Shown: positions 38,691 to 48,681, counted from the first letter of the stretch. The stretch: 64,000 nucleotides of DNA from Opitutia bacterium (GCA_050506795.1 JBJHCF010000026.1:1-64000); one strand, 5' to 3'. Numbers and translations: made by a program. Notes: generated by a model not told the origin, from the sequence alone.

Positions 38691-39365
38691 ATGAAGAACA
38701 AAAAGCCTTCGGAAAAGGGAAAACAAATCGCGGGAGACGATCGCAATATCGTCGCCGTGGATGAGGCCTATAAAGAGGCCGGGTTCGAGGATCGGCTGTA
38801 CCTGATCTGGGAAAAGTACAGCTCCTGGATTGTGTCGGCAATCATCGCGATTTTTGTCGGCCTGATACTGTTTTTCGCCCTGGAATACCTGGCTGAGCGC
38901 CGGGAGGCCGCTATTCAGAGCGAATACGCCGCGGCGGTTACAATCGAGGAGAAAGCGGCATTTGCGCGCGAATATGCCGGGCATCGGCTCGCAGGTGCGG
39001 CGGCTCTGGAAGTCGCGGACAGTTTTTTCGCCGAGGAAACGTATCAGGAGGCGGCTGAAAACTATCGGCTGGCGGCGGAAAGCCTTGGCCGGCACGTTTT
39101 GAGCGGACGCGCCAGACTGGGTGAGGCAATGTCCCTGATCATGCTGGACCGGAGGGACGAGGCGGAACCGGTGTTGTCTCGTCTGGCAGCCGATCAAGAT
39201 GTTCTGCTGACGATTCGCCTGGAAGCGTACTATTCGTTGGCGTCCCTCGCGTTTGAGCGCGGAGATTATGACCGGGTGGTGGAGCTGGCTGATCTGATCG
39301 AAGGCGAGGACATGATGGGGTTTTGGAGTGGTCGAATCGGGCAGTTGCTCGATGAGATCCCGTGA
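38691..39365 (+). CDS. Membrane-anchored TPR protein (YfgM-like)
   Basis: Single N-terminal TM after WEKY, then helical TPR-like repeats. Confidence 0.7.
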   Translation: MKNKKPSEKGKQIAGDDRNIVAVDEAYKEAGFEDRLYLIWEKYSSWIVSAIIAIFVGLILFFALEYLAERREAAIQSEYAAAVTIEEKAAFAREYAGHRLAGAAALEVADSFFAEETYQEAAENYRLAAESLGRHVLSGRARLGEAMSLIMLDRRDEAEPVLSRLAADQDVLLTIRLEAYYSLASLAFERGDYDRVVELADLIEGEDMMGFWSGRIGQLLDEIP

Positions 39366-39444
39366 TCGCAACCGGGCGTGACCGCTGGCGTCGGTCGAAC
39401 AGGCCGAAAAAGCTTTGTGGTTCGCCGGCAGACGGGTTTTCAAT

Positions 39445-39473
39445 TTGACTCAGACCATAAATCTCCCTAAAAG
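39445..39473 (+). promoter_or_regulatory. Putative sigma70 promoter for ptsI
   Basis: TTGACT-17 nt-TAAAAG about 135 nt upstream of the ptsI start. Confidence 0.45.
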
Positions 39474-39609
39474 AACAACATCGGGTTGGGACCGGCAGGT
39501 TCTCCTCATTCTTCTCCTTTCGGCGTGTGCGGCCCGCGGATCGTATGCGCTCAATGACAGAACGATCGAGTTCCCGCCAAGCTGAACCGTTTGCTCAAGA
39601 GACAATATT

Positions 39610-41373
39610 ATGGCAGAAAGGCAGTCCGAGCGGTTTTTCAAGGGAATATCAGCCTCCCCAGGAGTGGCTCACGGACAGGTTTACGTTTTTGTCCCCAAAG
39701 AACTAAAGATCTCCAGCCACCGGATTGAGCCATCCGAGATGGATGCGGAGGTGGAGCGCTTCGAGGAAAAGCTGCTGCAAACCCGTCAGGAAATCCTGGC
39801 TTTGCGGGATGCCGTTTCCGACCGTCTGGGTCAGGAATCCGCCGGCATATTCGACGCTCACTTGTTGGTGCTGGAAGACCGGGCATTGATTGAGGAATCG
39901 ATCCGCGAAATGGAGGAGACCGGGCGCAATATCACCTACTGCGTGAACAGCGTTGCTCAGCGTTACATCGATACCTTCGCCAACATCGACGACGAATATT
40001 TGCGCGAGCGGGCGAACGACATACGGGACGTTACCAAACGCTTGTTGCACAACCTGGCCGGCGAGGTGCGGGACTGTCTGGGGGCGCTGGAAGATGGGCG
40101 TATCGTGGTGGCCCGGGACATTTCGCCTTCAGATACGGCTGCGATCGAAAAGGGCAAAGTCCTGGCGTTTATTACGGATGCCGGAAGCAAAACCAGTCAC
40201 GCCGTCATAATGGCCCGGTCCATTCAGGTGCCGGCGGTGGTCGGCATGCGGGACTTCATGGCCGCCGTCCGCGATGGCGACGAGGTGCTGGTGGACGGTT
40301 ACGACGGCACCGTGGTGCTGAATCCCTCGGATAAAACGCTCTTTGGATACGGAAAACTCGAAGAGCAAAAGAAAGTTCTGCACCGCCGTATTCTGTCGGA
40401 GGCCTCGCTTCCGGCGAAAACACGGGACGGAGTCGAGGTGGCTCTGCGGGCCAACATCGAGGGACCGGACGAGATTGGCCGCATCAAAGATTTCGGGGCG
40501 GCGGGAGTCGGGCTCTTTCGGACGGAGTATCTGTTTTTGGAGGCATCCGGTTTCCCCAGTGAGGAGGAGCAGTTCAATTCCTACCGTCGCGTCGCTTCCG
40601 GCATCGCTCCACAGCCGGTGGTGATTCGCACCCTCGACCTCGGTGGGGACAAGTTTCCGAACAGTGTCTACCCCTCGGAAGCGGAAGCGAACCCCTTCCT
40701 TGGGTTGCGGGCGATTCGCTTGTGCCTGGAAAGCCCGGACGTTTTCAAGACACAGCTTCGGGCGATTCTTCGGGCGTCGGCCCACGGCAATGTCAAGTTG
40801 ATGTATCCCATGATCAGCGGAGCGAGGGAACTCGACCAGGCCAATGAGGTTTTGGCCGAGGCCCGCGAGGAGTTGGACCGTGAAGGCACGCCGTACGACC
40901 GCGAGATTGAAGTGGGAACGATGATCGAAATACCCAGTGCGGCGATCACGGCCGACCTGCTGGCTCAGAAATGCGACTTTTTCAGCATTGGAACCAACGA
41001 CCTGATCCAATACCTCCTGGCCATCGATCGTTTGAACGAACGGATCGCCCACCTGTATGAGCCCGCCCATCCGGCCGTGTTGCGGATGATTCGCGGGGTG
41101 GTTGAGGCCGCGCGCCGGGAGAATATCCGCGTAAGCGTCTGCGGGGAGATCGCGGGAGACGCCATAATGGTACCGGTTCTTCTCGGTCTGGGGGTGGACG
41201 AATTGAGCCTGGTGGCTTCAGGTTTGCCCGCGATCAAATACATGGTGCGCAGCCTGGAAATGACTGCCATGCAGGACTTGGCTTCGGCCATGATGCAGGG
41301 CACAAACGCTACTGATGTTCTGGAGTTGGCGGAAGCGTTTTACCAGGAACACGTGGCCCATCTGATCGCTTGA
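39610..41373 (+). CDS. ptsI: PEP-protein phosphotransferase (PTS enzyme I)
   Basis: GISASPG, TSHAVIMARS (phospho-His), GVGLFRTE, RTLDLGGDK, NPFLGLRAIR, FSIGTNDL, VCGE. Confidence 0.95.
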   Translation: MAERQSERFFKGISASPGVAHGQVYVFVPKELKISSHRIEPSEMDAEVERFEEKLLQTRQEILALRDAVSDRLGQESAGIFDAHLLVLEDRALIEESIREMEETGRNITYCVNSVAQRYIDTFANIDDEYLRERANDIRDVTKRLLHNLAGEVRDCLGALEDGRIVVARDISPSDTAAIEKGKVLAFITDAGSKTSHAVIMARSIQVPAVVGMRDFMAAVRDGDEVLVDGYDGTVVLNPSDKTLFGYGKLEEQKKVLHRRILSEASLPAKTRDGVEVALRANIEGPDEIGRIKDFGAAGVGLFRTEYLFLEASGFPSEEEQFNSYRRVASGIAPQPVVIRTLDLGGDKFPNSVYPSEAEANPFLGLRAIRLCLESPDVFKTQLRAILRASAHGNVKLMYPMISGARELDQANEVLAEAREELDREGTPYDREIEVGTMIEIPSAAITADLLAQKCDFFSIGTNDLIQYLLAIDRLNERIAHLYEPAHPAVLRMIRGVVEAARRENIRVSVCGEIAGDAIMVPVLLGLGVDELSLVASGLPAIKYMVRSLEMTAMQDLASAMMQGTNATDVLELAEAFYQEHVAHLIA

Positions 41374-41537
41374 TAACGGTGAACCCATGGCGATCTGCCC
41401 GGCGGCGATCTGAAGCTTTGCAGGCCTATGTTGTTCTGAAGAGTCGGGATTAGCGGACTTTATAATCGAACTCCGTGGTTGCCAAATTTCGCCGATTATC
41501 GCAGAATCTTCTTCCTGAGGGAAGGGGGCGTGGATCG

Positions 41538-42299
41538 ATGCAGGATTGCGATGTTTGGGATGGGAGAGAGTTGAGTAGGTTGGGTTCTTGGGCCTTTGCC
41601 GAACACAAGGGGCCCCTGGGTCCTTTCCGCTTTGTGGTGATGGGCCCGCCGGGGTCCGGCAAACGAACGCAGGCCGCGATTCTGGGAGAACGTTTGGGGG
41701 CTTCGCTGCTCTCTCCGGCGGAAACCCGAGATTTGGCCCGCCGTTGCGGTTCCGCCGAGGCGAAAGAGAGACCTCAGGGGACTCGCGCCACTTCGCCGGA
41801 CCCGGACCGGAGCGGTTCGAGTAACAACGGCCTCGGGCTGGGCGATCCGGATCTCTGGTTTCGGGGCGATGTCGGTTTCACCATTGAAGGATTTCCGCGT
41901 TCCGCGGAGCAGGCGGAGGCTTTGGTGCGATGGCTGGGGCGTGCTCACATCAATCTTACTGCCGTCCTGTATTATGACCTCGCGGTGGAGTGGGCGGTAG
42001 CCAGGTTGGTCAACCGGTCCCTGTGTCGCAATTGCGGCGCCGAGAGTTCGCCTAGGCGGTGGCCTCAACGCCGGACCGCCACCTGTGAGAAATGTGGCGG
42101 TGTGCTGCGTCCCGCCAGTCGAGTTGATCCCGGAAAGGTGAGAGAGCGGTTCGTTCGCTACGAACGGGATGTGAAGCCGGTGCTCGATTATTTCGCCCAG
42201 CTGGGGCTCCTGCTGACCATCGAAGCGGAGGGGTGTCCGGAAGAGGTGTTTCAGCGGACGGAGTTCAAGCTGATGAATGTGCTTCCGGCCATGACTTGA
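41538..42299 (+). CDS. Degenerate adenylate-kinase-like protein with zinc LID
   Basis: GPPGSGKRTQA, EGFPRSAEQA, CRNC..CEKC, KPVLDYF; NMP-binding region unrecognisable; start uncertain. Confidence 0.7.
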   Translation: MQDCDVWDGRELSRLGSWAFAEHKGPLGPFRFVVMGPPGSGKRTQAAILGERLGASLLSPAETRDLARRCGSAEAKERPQGTRATSPDPDRSGSSNNGLGLGDPDLWFRGDVGFTIEGFPRSAEQAEALVRWLGRAHINLTAVLYYDLAVEWAVARLVNRSLCRNCGAESSPRRWPQRRTATCEKCGGVLRPASRVDPGKVRERFVRYERDVKPVLDYFAQLGLLLTIEAEGCPEEVFQRTEFKLMNVLPAMT

Positions 42300-42322
42300 T
42301 TGAGCGAAAAGCTCCGCGAGCT

Positions 42323-42727
42323 TCAGTTCGCCTTTTTTAACAGGTCGTGCACTTTACGGACCAGTTCGCAGGGGCGAAACGGTTTGGCGATGAAATCGGT
42401 ATTTCCCTGCAGGTCCTCCTCGGGGTCGATTCGGCTGTCCGCGTACCCTGACATGTAAAGAATCGCGATATCCGGGTTCTCCTGCCGGCATTGTTGTCCC
42501 AGCTCCTTGCCGTCCATATTGGGCATCACGATATCCGTTACGATGAGATCGATGGTGGATCCGTGCTGCTTGAAATAGTCAAACGCTTCTCTTCCGTCCA
42601 CCGTGGGCACCACTTCGAACCCCTCAAGCCCCAGGATTTCGCCGACCATTTTGCGAACGATTTCCCCATCTTCCGCCAGCAAAACCCGCTTTTTGATTCC
42701 CGAGGAATTCTCCGATTTTAAACTCAT
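42323..42727 (-). CDS. Single-domain response regulator (receiver)
   Basis: VLLAED, IVTDIVMPNMDG, YMSGY, AKPF. Confidence 0.9.
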   Translation of the reverse strand: MSLKSENSSGIKKRVLLAEDGEIVRKMVGEILGLEGFEVVPTVDGREAFDYFKQHGSTIDLIVTDIVMPNMDGKELGQQCRQENPDIAILYMSGYADSRIDPEEDLQGNTDFIAKPFRPCELVRKVHDLLKKAN

Positions 42728-42852
42728 TATTCAGCCGATTCAGAATGTCCGCGATAAACGGGAATAACAAGGTAAATTCCCGGATCACACAGATTTCCCG
42801 GCTTCGGTTTGCTCTTGTATCAATCCGGGGATCCGATCACCATGGAATCACG

Positions 42853-43824
42853 ATGATTTACCGACGACTGGGCTCTTCCGGCCTTAAACTAAGTGCGCTT
42901 TCCTATGGCGCCTGGGTGACTTTTGATCAACAGATTGGCGATGACGTGGCTTCCAAGTGCATGCACGCTGCTTATGACGCCGGCGTCAATTTTTTCGACA
43001 ACGCCGAAGTCTACGCCGACGGCAAGGCGGAGGAGATGATGGGGCGGATCCTGAAAGATGCCGGGTGGGCTCGCGATTCTTACGCGGTGTCCAGCAAGGT
43101 TTTTTGGGGTGGAGAGGCTCCGACCCAGAAGGGACTGTCGAGAAAGCATGTCTTCGACGCCTGTCACGCGGCGTTGAAACGCTTGCAGGTGGATTATCTG
43201 GACCTTTATTTTTGCCACCGTCCGGATCCGGAGACCCCGATCGAGGAAACGGTCTGGGCGATGAATGACCTCATCCGGCAGGGAAAAGTGCTTTATTGGG
43301 GCACTTCCGAGTGGAGCGCGGCGGAAATCGTCGAAGCCTACGGCGTGGCCCGCCAGCACCACCTGATTCCTCCCACCATGGAGCAGCCGCAGTACAATTT
43401 GTTTCACCGGGAAAACCTGGAGCAAAATCTCAAGCCGGTTTGCGAGCGATTCGGACTCGGAACCACCATCTGGTCTCCGCTGGCCTCCGGGTTGTTGACG
43501 GGAAAATACAACGACGGAATTCCAACCGGCACCCGGATCTCGCTGAAGGGTTACGAGTGGTTGCGCGAGAGCATGACCAATGAGGAGGCCCGTAACAAGA
43601 TCGCACGGATCCGGCATCTGGCCGATATTGCCGGCGACCTTAACACCAGTCTGCCAAGGCTTTCGCTCGCCTGGTGCCTGAAGAATCCCTGGGTCAGCAC
43701 CGTGATTACCGGCGCCTCCCGGCCGGAGCAGGTTTTGGACAATATGCAGGCGGTGGACCTGCTGGAAAAGCTGACTCCCGAAGTGATCCGCCGGATCGAA
43801 TCGGTGGTGGAGGGGAATGATTGA
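42853..43824 (+). CDS. Aldo/keto reductase (Kv-beta-like)
   Basis: YRRLGSSGLKLS, FDNAEVY, LQVDYLDLYFCHRPD, WGTSEW, WSPLASG. Confidence 0.92.
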   Translation: MIYRRLGSSGLKLSALSYGAWVTFDQQIGDDVASKCMHAAYDAGVNFFDNAEVYADGKAEEMMGRILKDAGWARDSYAVSSKVFWGGEAPTQKGLSRKHVFDACHAALKRLQVDYLDLYFCHRPDPETPIEETVWAMNDLIRQGKVLYWGTSEWSAAEIVEAYGVARQHHLIPPTMEQPQYNLFHRENLEQNLKPVCERFGLGTTIWSPLASGLLTGKYNDGIPTGTRISLKGYEWLRESMTNEEARNKIARIRHLADIAGDLNTSLPRLSLAWCLKNPWVSTVITGASRPEQVLDNMQAVDLLEKLTPEVIRRIESVVEGND

Positions 43825-43939
43825 CCTGTAATTCCCGATTTTACTTGCCCGAAGCGGAAGAATGAGCAGCGTGTCTTATTCTTCAAGCAGTTGGGAATCG
43901 GCCGGGCCCGGTTAGCGGGCCTCGGCTGTTTATCGATTA

Positions 43940-45052
43940 ATGACCGAATCCATGCGTATAAAAAACTGGGACACCTTTAGTTTCATCCTTGCCTATCACA
44001 TCCTCCTGTTGGCGTTGTTGCCGTTCTTTATCGGCGTTTTCTCCTGGCCGGCCATGGTGCTGTTCCTGGTCACCTTTATAGCGGGTGGATTGTCAATAAC
44101 CGCCGGTTATCACCGGTTATTTTCCCACCGGTCCTACTCCGCCCACCCGGTGTACGAATGGACGGTATTACTTATGTCCACGCTGGGAATGCAGTGGTCG
44201 GCCCTGATGTGGTCGCACGATCATCGGCTGCACCACAACCACGTCGACAGCGACAAGGACCCCTACGCGATCAACAAGGGATTCTGGTACGCTCACGTCC
44301 TCTGGCTCTTTGATTATCGTCGCGATTACCAGCCCGGACTGGTGGGGGATTTGCTGAGCAACCCCCGGGTCATGTTTCAGCACCGGCACTACATCCTTCT
44401 GGCGATTATCGTGAACGCCGCCATCTTCGGCATCGGCTGCCTTTTCATGCATCCCCTGGCTTCCTTCTACGCCGGAGTTGTGCTGCGGATTTTTGCCATC
44501 CACCATTGCACCTGGTTCATTAACTCCCTGGCGCACACCTGGGGCGCCCGCACCTACGCTCGCGAATTGAGCGCCGTCGACAACGCCTTTATGGCCCTGC
44601 TGACCTTTGGTGAAGGGTATCATAATTACCATCACGTCTTCGCCGGCGACTATCGCAACGGCGTGCGGTGGTATCACTTCGATCCCACCAAGTGGCTGGT
44701 CTGGACGGCGTCCAAGTTGGGAATCGCCAAAGGTTTGCGCACTGTCGATCAAATCCGGATTCAGAAAAAACTGGTTACCAAAGACAAGGAGTTGCTGTTG
44801 GATCGACTCAGCCGGGAATTGGATGAGTTCGGAGCTGAAATGCGGGTTCGAGTGGAGACCCTTTCCGCTCGCTTCGAAGAGAATGCGGCATTGCTGATGG
44901 AGCGGTTGAAGGAGTTTAAGGCGGCCTCCGATGAGCGGAGGCGGGCTTTGAAGGAGGAGATTCGCCGCCTGCGGCAGGAGTTGCGGCTTGCCTGGAAGGA
45001 ATGGGTTGATTTGACCCGGACCGCCGCCCGTAAGTACACCCTGGCGCATTGA
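43940..45052 (+). CDS. Membrane acyl-CoA (delta-9-type) fatty acid desaturase with coiled-coil tail
   Basis: His boxes GYHRLFSH, HRLHH, GEGYHNYHH; DPTKW. Confidence 0.92.
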   Translation: MTESMRIKNWDTFSFILAYHILLLALLPFFIGVFSWPAMVLFLVTFIAGGLSITAGYHRLFSHRSYSAHPVYEWTVLLMSTLGMQWSALMWSHDHRLHHNHVDSDKDPYAINKGFWYAHVLWLFDYRRDYQPGLVGDLLSNPRVMFQHRHYILLAIIVNAAIFGIGCLFMHPLASFYAGVVLRIFAIHHCTWFINSLAHTWGARTYARELSAVDNAFMALLTFGEGYHNYHHVFAGDYRNGVRWYHFDPTKWLVWTASKLGIAKGLRTVDQIRIQKKLVTKDKELLLDRLSRELDEFGAEMRVRVETLSARFEENAALLMERLKEFKAASDERRRALKEEIRRLRQELRLAWKEWVDLTRTAARKYTLAH

Positions 45053-45101
45053 GCGTAGAATCCGGTCTTCACGCATTATGAGGAGGTTGCCTTCCGGCCG
45101 A

Positions 45102-45135
45102 ACCACAGGCCGATCCGGTTGGATCGGCCTGTGGT
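45102..45135. repeat. Perfect 15-bp inverted repeat
   Basis: ACCACAGGCCGATCC-ggtt-GGATCGGCCTGTGGT, no U-tract on either side. Confidence 0.8.
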
Positions 45136-45313
45136 GTGCCTGAGGCGCCGGCGGATGTTGGCAACGTGCATTGTAAAGAAGTTGTTATGACTTTGGCATA
45201 GGCGTGTAAAAACCCTGCTTTCAGGGCTTTTACCTTGTCTGGCGTAATGTTTGCCCTGATGTATAGGATCAACCAATGGGGGCGTTTGATGGTTTCCCAT
45301 CGGTCCGAAAGCT

Positions 45314-46126
45314 ATGATATCGCCGCCAAGCCATTCCGACCACCGAACGATGGTGCCCTCCCGTGTGAAAAACAGGAGGTTTGCCGAAGCGCCCGAACGT
45401 TTTGCCGTACGTTTTCCCGACGGCGAGTATCCCGTACAATGTTGCGGAATGAAGGCGGAAGAGCGGGCGTTCGTCGCGCGCTATTTACAGGATATCAGCC
45501 GCTTGATTGGCGACTATCCCGAGAGGTGGACCAATTGGCGAGAAATGCTGGACGACGAAACCTGTCCAATGATCGAGTTTGATCCCGAATGGTTCTCCTT
45601 TTTGCTGCCACCCAAGAGCTTGACGCGCATGGAGCTCTTCGCCTGGTATTGGTTGTGGATCGATCCGGGACGCAAATTGGCGGTGTCGCGTTACGCGTAC
45701 TCCGAACTGAGCGCGGCTTTCAATGTCGCCCGGCAACCGGTTGAAATTTGGGACCATCTCTCGGTTACTGTCGCGAAGGCCAATGAGGGCTTGCTTTCCG
45801 GCAACGATGCCTTGCTCGACTCGGTCATCGCCGACGGATTTGGTGATGACCCAAGAGAACGCCTTGACGGCTCGCTCATCTGGTTTCCCCGGCTGATCGT
45901 CGATCACGAACCGGTGGAGGTTTCCGGGTCTCTGATGGCGCGCAAACCGGAGATAACGGTTTGGGGCTACCTCACCTCGGGCGGGAACGGTTTCGATCGT
46001 GTGAACGGTCAGATTCTGGCCCGCCGGATGGATGGCAAGTGGACCCTCGATCCCCGGCCGGCCCGCATCTATCAATCGGCGCACCTTGTCGACGATGTGG
46101 AAGCAAGGCTTGCTTTTTCCGAATAA
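45314..46126 (+). CDS. Hypothetical protein
   Basis: Open frame with protein-like composition filling the gap before convergent pabC; start uncertain. Confidence 0.6.
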   Translation: MISPPSHSDHRTMVPSRVKNRRFAEAPERFAVRFPDGEYPVQCCGMKAEERAFVARYLQDISRLIGDYPERWTNWREMLDDETCPMIEFDPEWFSFLLPPKSLTRMELFAWYWLWIDPGRKLAVSRYAYSELSAAFNVARQPVEIWDHLSVTVAKANEGLLSGNDALLDSVIADGFGDDPRERLDGSLIWFPRLIVDHEPVEVSGSLMARKPEITVWGYLTSGGNGFDRVNGQILARRMDGKWTLDPRPARIYQSAHLVDDVEARLAFSE

Positions 46127-46140
46127 ATCGGTGATCGGCT

Positions 46141-47025
46141 TCAGGTTCGGCGCAGGTTTTCTATGGCCATGAAGTAGGCGCGGGTGAGACTTTGGAATGC
46201 GGGGTCACTTTCCGATCGAATCCGGCGAATCAAGTTTCCGCGTTGATCGAAAAGGGTCCCTACCGGAATAATACCGCGAACGGCGTTGGTCAAAAATATC
46301 GCGTCCGCGCGTTTCAGATCGGCGATCCGGCAGCTTATTTCCTGGACGGGAAGCCCGAGTTGCTCCGCGGCTTCCAGGACGAAACCTCGTGTGATCCCGG
46401 ACAGGATTCCGTCGTGGGATCCCGGGGTGCGCAGAGTCTGGTTCCGAATGAGAAAAAGATTGGTGGTCACTCCCTCCGCCGCGATGTCGTCATCGGCTGA
46501 CATCAGGCCCTCGTCTCCCGGTGGAATATTCCGTTCGCGCATTTCCAGGTGTCCGGCGAGGCTGTTGAGGTAGGCGACGCTTTTGGGGCGCGGGTGGAAT
46601 TCCGGGGAATTTCGGCGGGCTTCCAGGAGGTGCAGGCCGATCGGGACGCCATGACCGCGGGGCAGGGGGCGGGGGACCAGCAATTCGGTCGGTTCGCGGT
46701 AGGGTTCCCGTGGGAGGCCGCCGGCAACGGGACCGCCGGTAACGGTCAGACGGAAAACGGCGTCGCCGAGTTTATTGACCCGCAACAGCTCCGCGACGGT
46801 CTCCAGCAGGTTTTTTTCGTTCAGGAGGGAAATCGATCCCGTTCGTATGTGGAGTTGATCGCAGCCGGCACGAATGCGGCGCAGGTGCTGCTCCAGGCGG
46901 AATAGTCCCCCGCCGAAGGTGCGAAAGGTTTCGAAACACCCCGCGCCGTAGAGAAAACCGTGATCGTTCACCGAAACTTGGGCTTCGTCTTGGGGAAGGA
47001 TCTTGCCGTTGAGATAGAGGAGCAT
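46141..47025 (-). CDS. pabC: 4-amino-4-deoxychorismate lyase (class IV PLP enzyme)
   Basis: DHGFLYGAGCFETFR, PLP lysine in RPKS, AEGVTTNLF, ILSGITR; directly downstream of the pabB-like gene. Confidence 0.8.
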   Translation of the reverse strand: MLLYLNGKILPQDEAQVSVNDHGFLYGAGCFETFRTFGGGLFRLEQHLRRIRAGCDQLHIRTGSISLLNEKNLLETVAELLRVNKLGDAVFRLTVTGGPVAGGLPREPYREPTELLVPRPLPRGHGVPIGLHLLEARRNSPEFHPRPKSVAYLNSLAGHLEMRERNIPPGDEGLMSADDDIAAEGVTTNLFLIRNQTLRTPGSHDGILSGITRGFVLEAAEQLGLPVQEISCRIADLKRADAIFLTNAVRGIIPVGTLFDQRGNLIRRIRSESDPAFQSLTRAYFMAIENLRRT

Positions 47026-47034
47026 GGCGGTGAG

Positions 47035-48567
47035 TTATTGGCGAAAGTTCACTGACGGCGGCAATCGAGCTTCCGCCGCCTCGACGGCGGCCCAAAGCGC
47101 TCGGGCTTTGCTCAGCGATTCCTCGTATTCCCTGGCCGGAATGGAATCGGCGACAATTCCGGCCCCGGCCTGGACGTGAGCCCAGCCGTTTTCGACCAGC
47201 AGGGTGCGGATGGTAATGTTCAGTTCCATCTCCCCGCCGGGGCTGATCCAACCGATCGATCCCGTATAGGGACCGCGGCGGACCGGTTCCAGTTCTTCGA
47301 TGATTTCCATGGTGCGCACCTTGGGCGCACCGGTAATGGTGCCGCCGGGAAAAGTGGCGGCAACGACGTCGAGGGCATCCAGCCCTTCCGCTAGGGAGCC
47401 TTCGATGTGCGACACGATGTGCCGCACGTGAGAGTAGTCTTCCATCACCATGAAATCCCGCACCTTCACGGTGCCAAAGCGCGAAACTCGTCCCAGATCG
47501 TTGCGGATCAGGTCGACGAGCATGAGATGCTCGGCTTTCTCTTTGGGGTTGGTCATCAATTCCTCGGCCAGCGACCGGTCTTTTTCCTCAATGCGGTCAC
47601 GAGGCCGAGTTCCCGCAATCGGACGGGCTTCCAGGCGGTCGCCGTGGAGTCGGACCAACAGTTCGGGGGATCCGCTGACCAGAGTCAGTCCGGGGAAGCG
47701 CAACAGGCCCATGTAGGGCGAGGGGTTGATTTGGCGCAGGGCTTCGTAGATCTCCTCCGGGGCGGCCCGCAGAGGCCGCGATTCCCGCAGGGAGAGGTTG
47801 ACCTGGTAGGTGTCTCCGGCGGCGATGTATTCCTGGATACGGCGTACCGCGGCAACGAACTTTTTTCGCGACAGCGAAAACCGGGCTTGCCGGGGGCCGG
47901 AGGACGTTTGCTCCAGGTCCGGAGGCAAGGGAGGCGGATCCGATTCCCCGGCGATCCACTGTTGCGCCTGGCGTTCGGCGGTCTCGCGGGCGCGGTCGAA
48001 GGCCGCGCGCAGTCGACGCGAATCCTGACGTTCCTCCGGGGTAACGTCCTGCCAAACCGCGGAATAAAGGGTTCGGCCGACTTGATCGTAAACCAGACAC
48101 TCGGTCACCACGGCCAGATGATAGAGCGGAACCGGCAGGTCGGGCCGGGCGATTTCCGGAAGTCTTTCCAGCGTACGGACCAGATCATAAGAGAAATAAC
48201 CGGCCAGACCACCGAGACAGGGCGGCAACCCGGGCAACCGGGGTCCCCGTTTCTGCCGCATCCAACCGCGAATCACTTCCAGGGGTTTTCCCGGAAGCCG
48301 GGCCAGGACCTCGGGAGTTTCGCCCGAACAATCGATCAGGACACCCGCGCTCTCGTCTCCGCGCAGCATCTCCGTTATCCGTGGCGCCAGCAAGGTGTGG
48401 CGCCCGGTCTTGCCGCTCTCCAGCAAAAGTGATGGTGAGTCTGACCAGAAGCGTTTCCAGGACGGCTGCGACTTTCGCGCAGGGTACCCCAGCACCAGGG
48501 GAATCCGTTCGTAGGAATCCGCCCAGCGTCGCCAATCGGTCCAACTCGTGCCGTCAATCGTATCCAA
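47035..48567 (-). CDS. pabB: Chorismate-binding component I, probably aminodeoxychorismate synthase
   Basis: LLESG, GDTYQVNL, NPSPY, SPE, PIAGT, EHLMLVDLIRND, PGGTITGAPK; adjacent to pabC; TTG start. Confidence 0.72.
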   Translation of the reverse strand: MDTIDGTSWTDWRRWADSYERIPLVLGYPARKSQPSWKRFWSDSPSLLLESGKTGRHTLLAPRITEMLRGDESAGVLIDCSGETPEVLARLPGKPLEVIRGWMRQKRGPRLPGLPPCLGGLAGYFSYDLVRTLERLPEIARPDLPVPLYHLAVVTECLVYDQVGRTLYSAVWQDVTPEERQDSRRLRAAFDRARETAERQAQQWIAGESDPPPLPPDLEQTSSGPRQARFSLSRKKFVAAVRRIQEYIAAGDTYQVNLSLRESRPLRAAPEEIYEALRQINPSPYMGLLRFPGLTLVSGSPELLVRLHGDRLEARPIAGTRPRDRIEEKDRSLAEELMTNPKEKAEHLMLVDLIRNDLGRVSRFGTVKVRDFMVMEDYSHVRHIVSHIEGSLAEGLDALDVVAATFPGGTITGAPKVRTMEIIEELEPVRRGPYTGSIGWISPGGEMELNITIRTLLVENGWAHVQAGAGIVADSIPAREYEESLSKARALWAAVEAAEARLPPSVNFRQ

Positions 48568-48681
48568 GCCGGCGATTGAATAACAGGACCCCGAGTTCTG
48601 GCAATAGCGGGATACCGGGCAACATTGCTTGAACGCGTTTGCGGGCTTTACCTTGGAGACGGTTGTGATTGGATGGTATTG

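Noticed and set aside
39445..39585. 46-aa sORF (MTQTINLPKRTTSGWDRQVLLILLLSAC...) with a lipobox-like LSAC
   Set aside because: Its TTG start coincides with the likely -35 hexamer of the ptsI promoter, no RBS is evident and the h-region is short; Ribo-seq would be needed to rescue it
45150..45215. TGGCA...TGTA elements resembling sigma54 promoters
   Set aside because: They lack the conserved GC at -12 or have the wrong spacing
47035..48567. Call as anthranilate synthase trpE
   Set aside because: No trp genes are nearby and it is tightly linked to pabC; kept as probable pabB with reduced confidence
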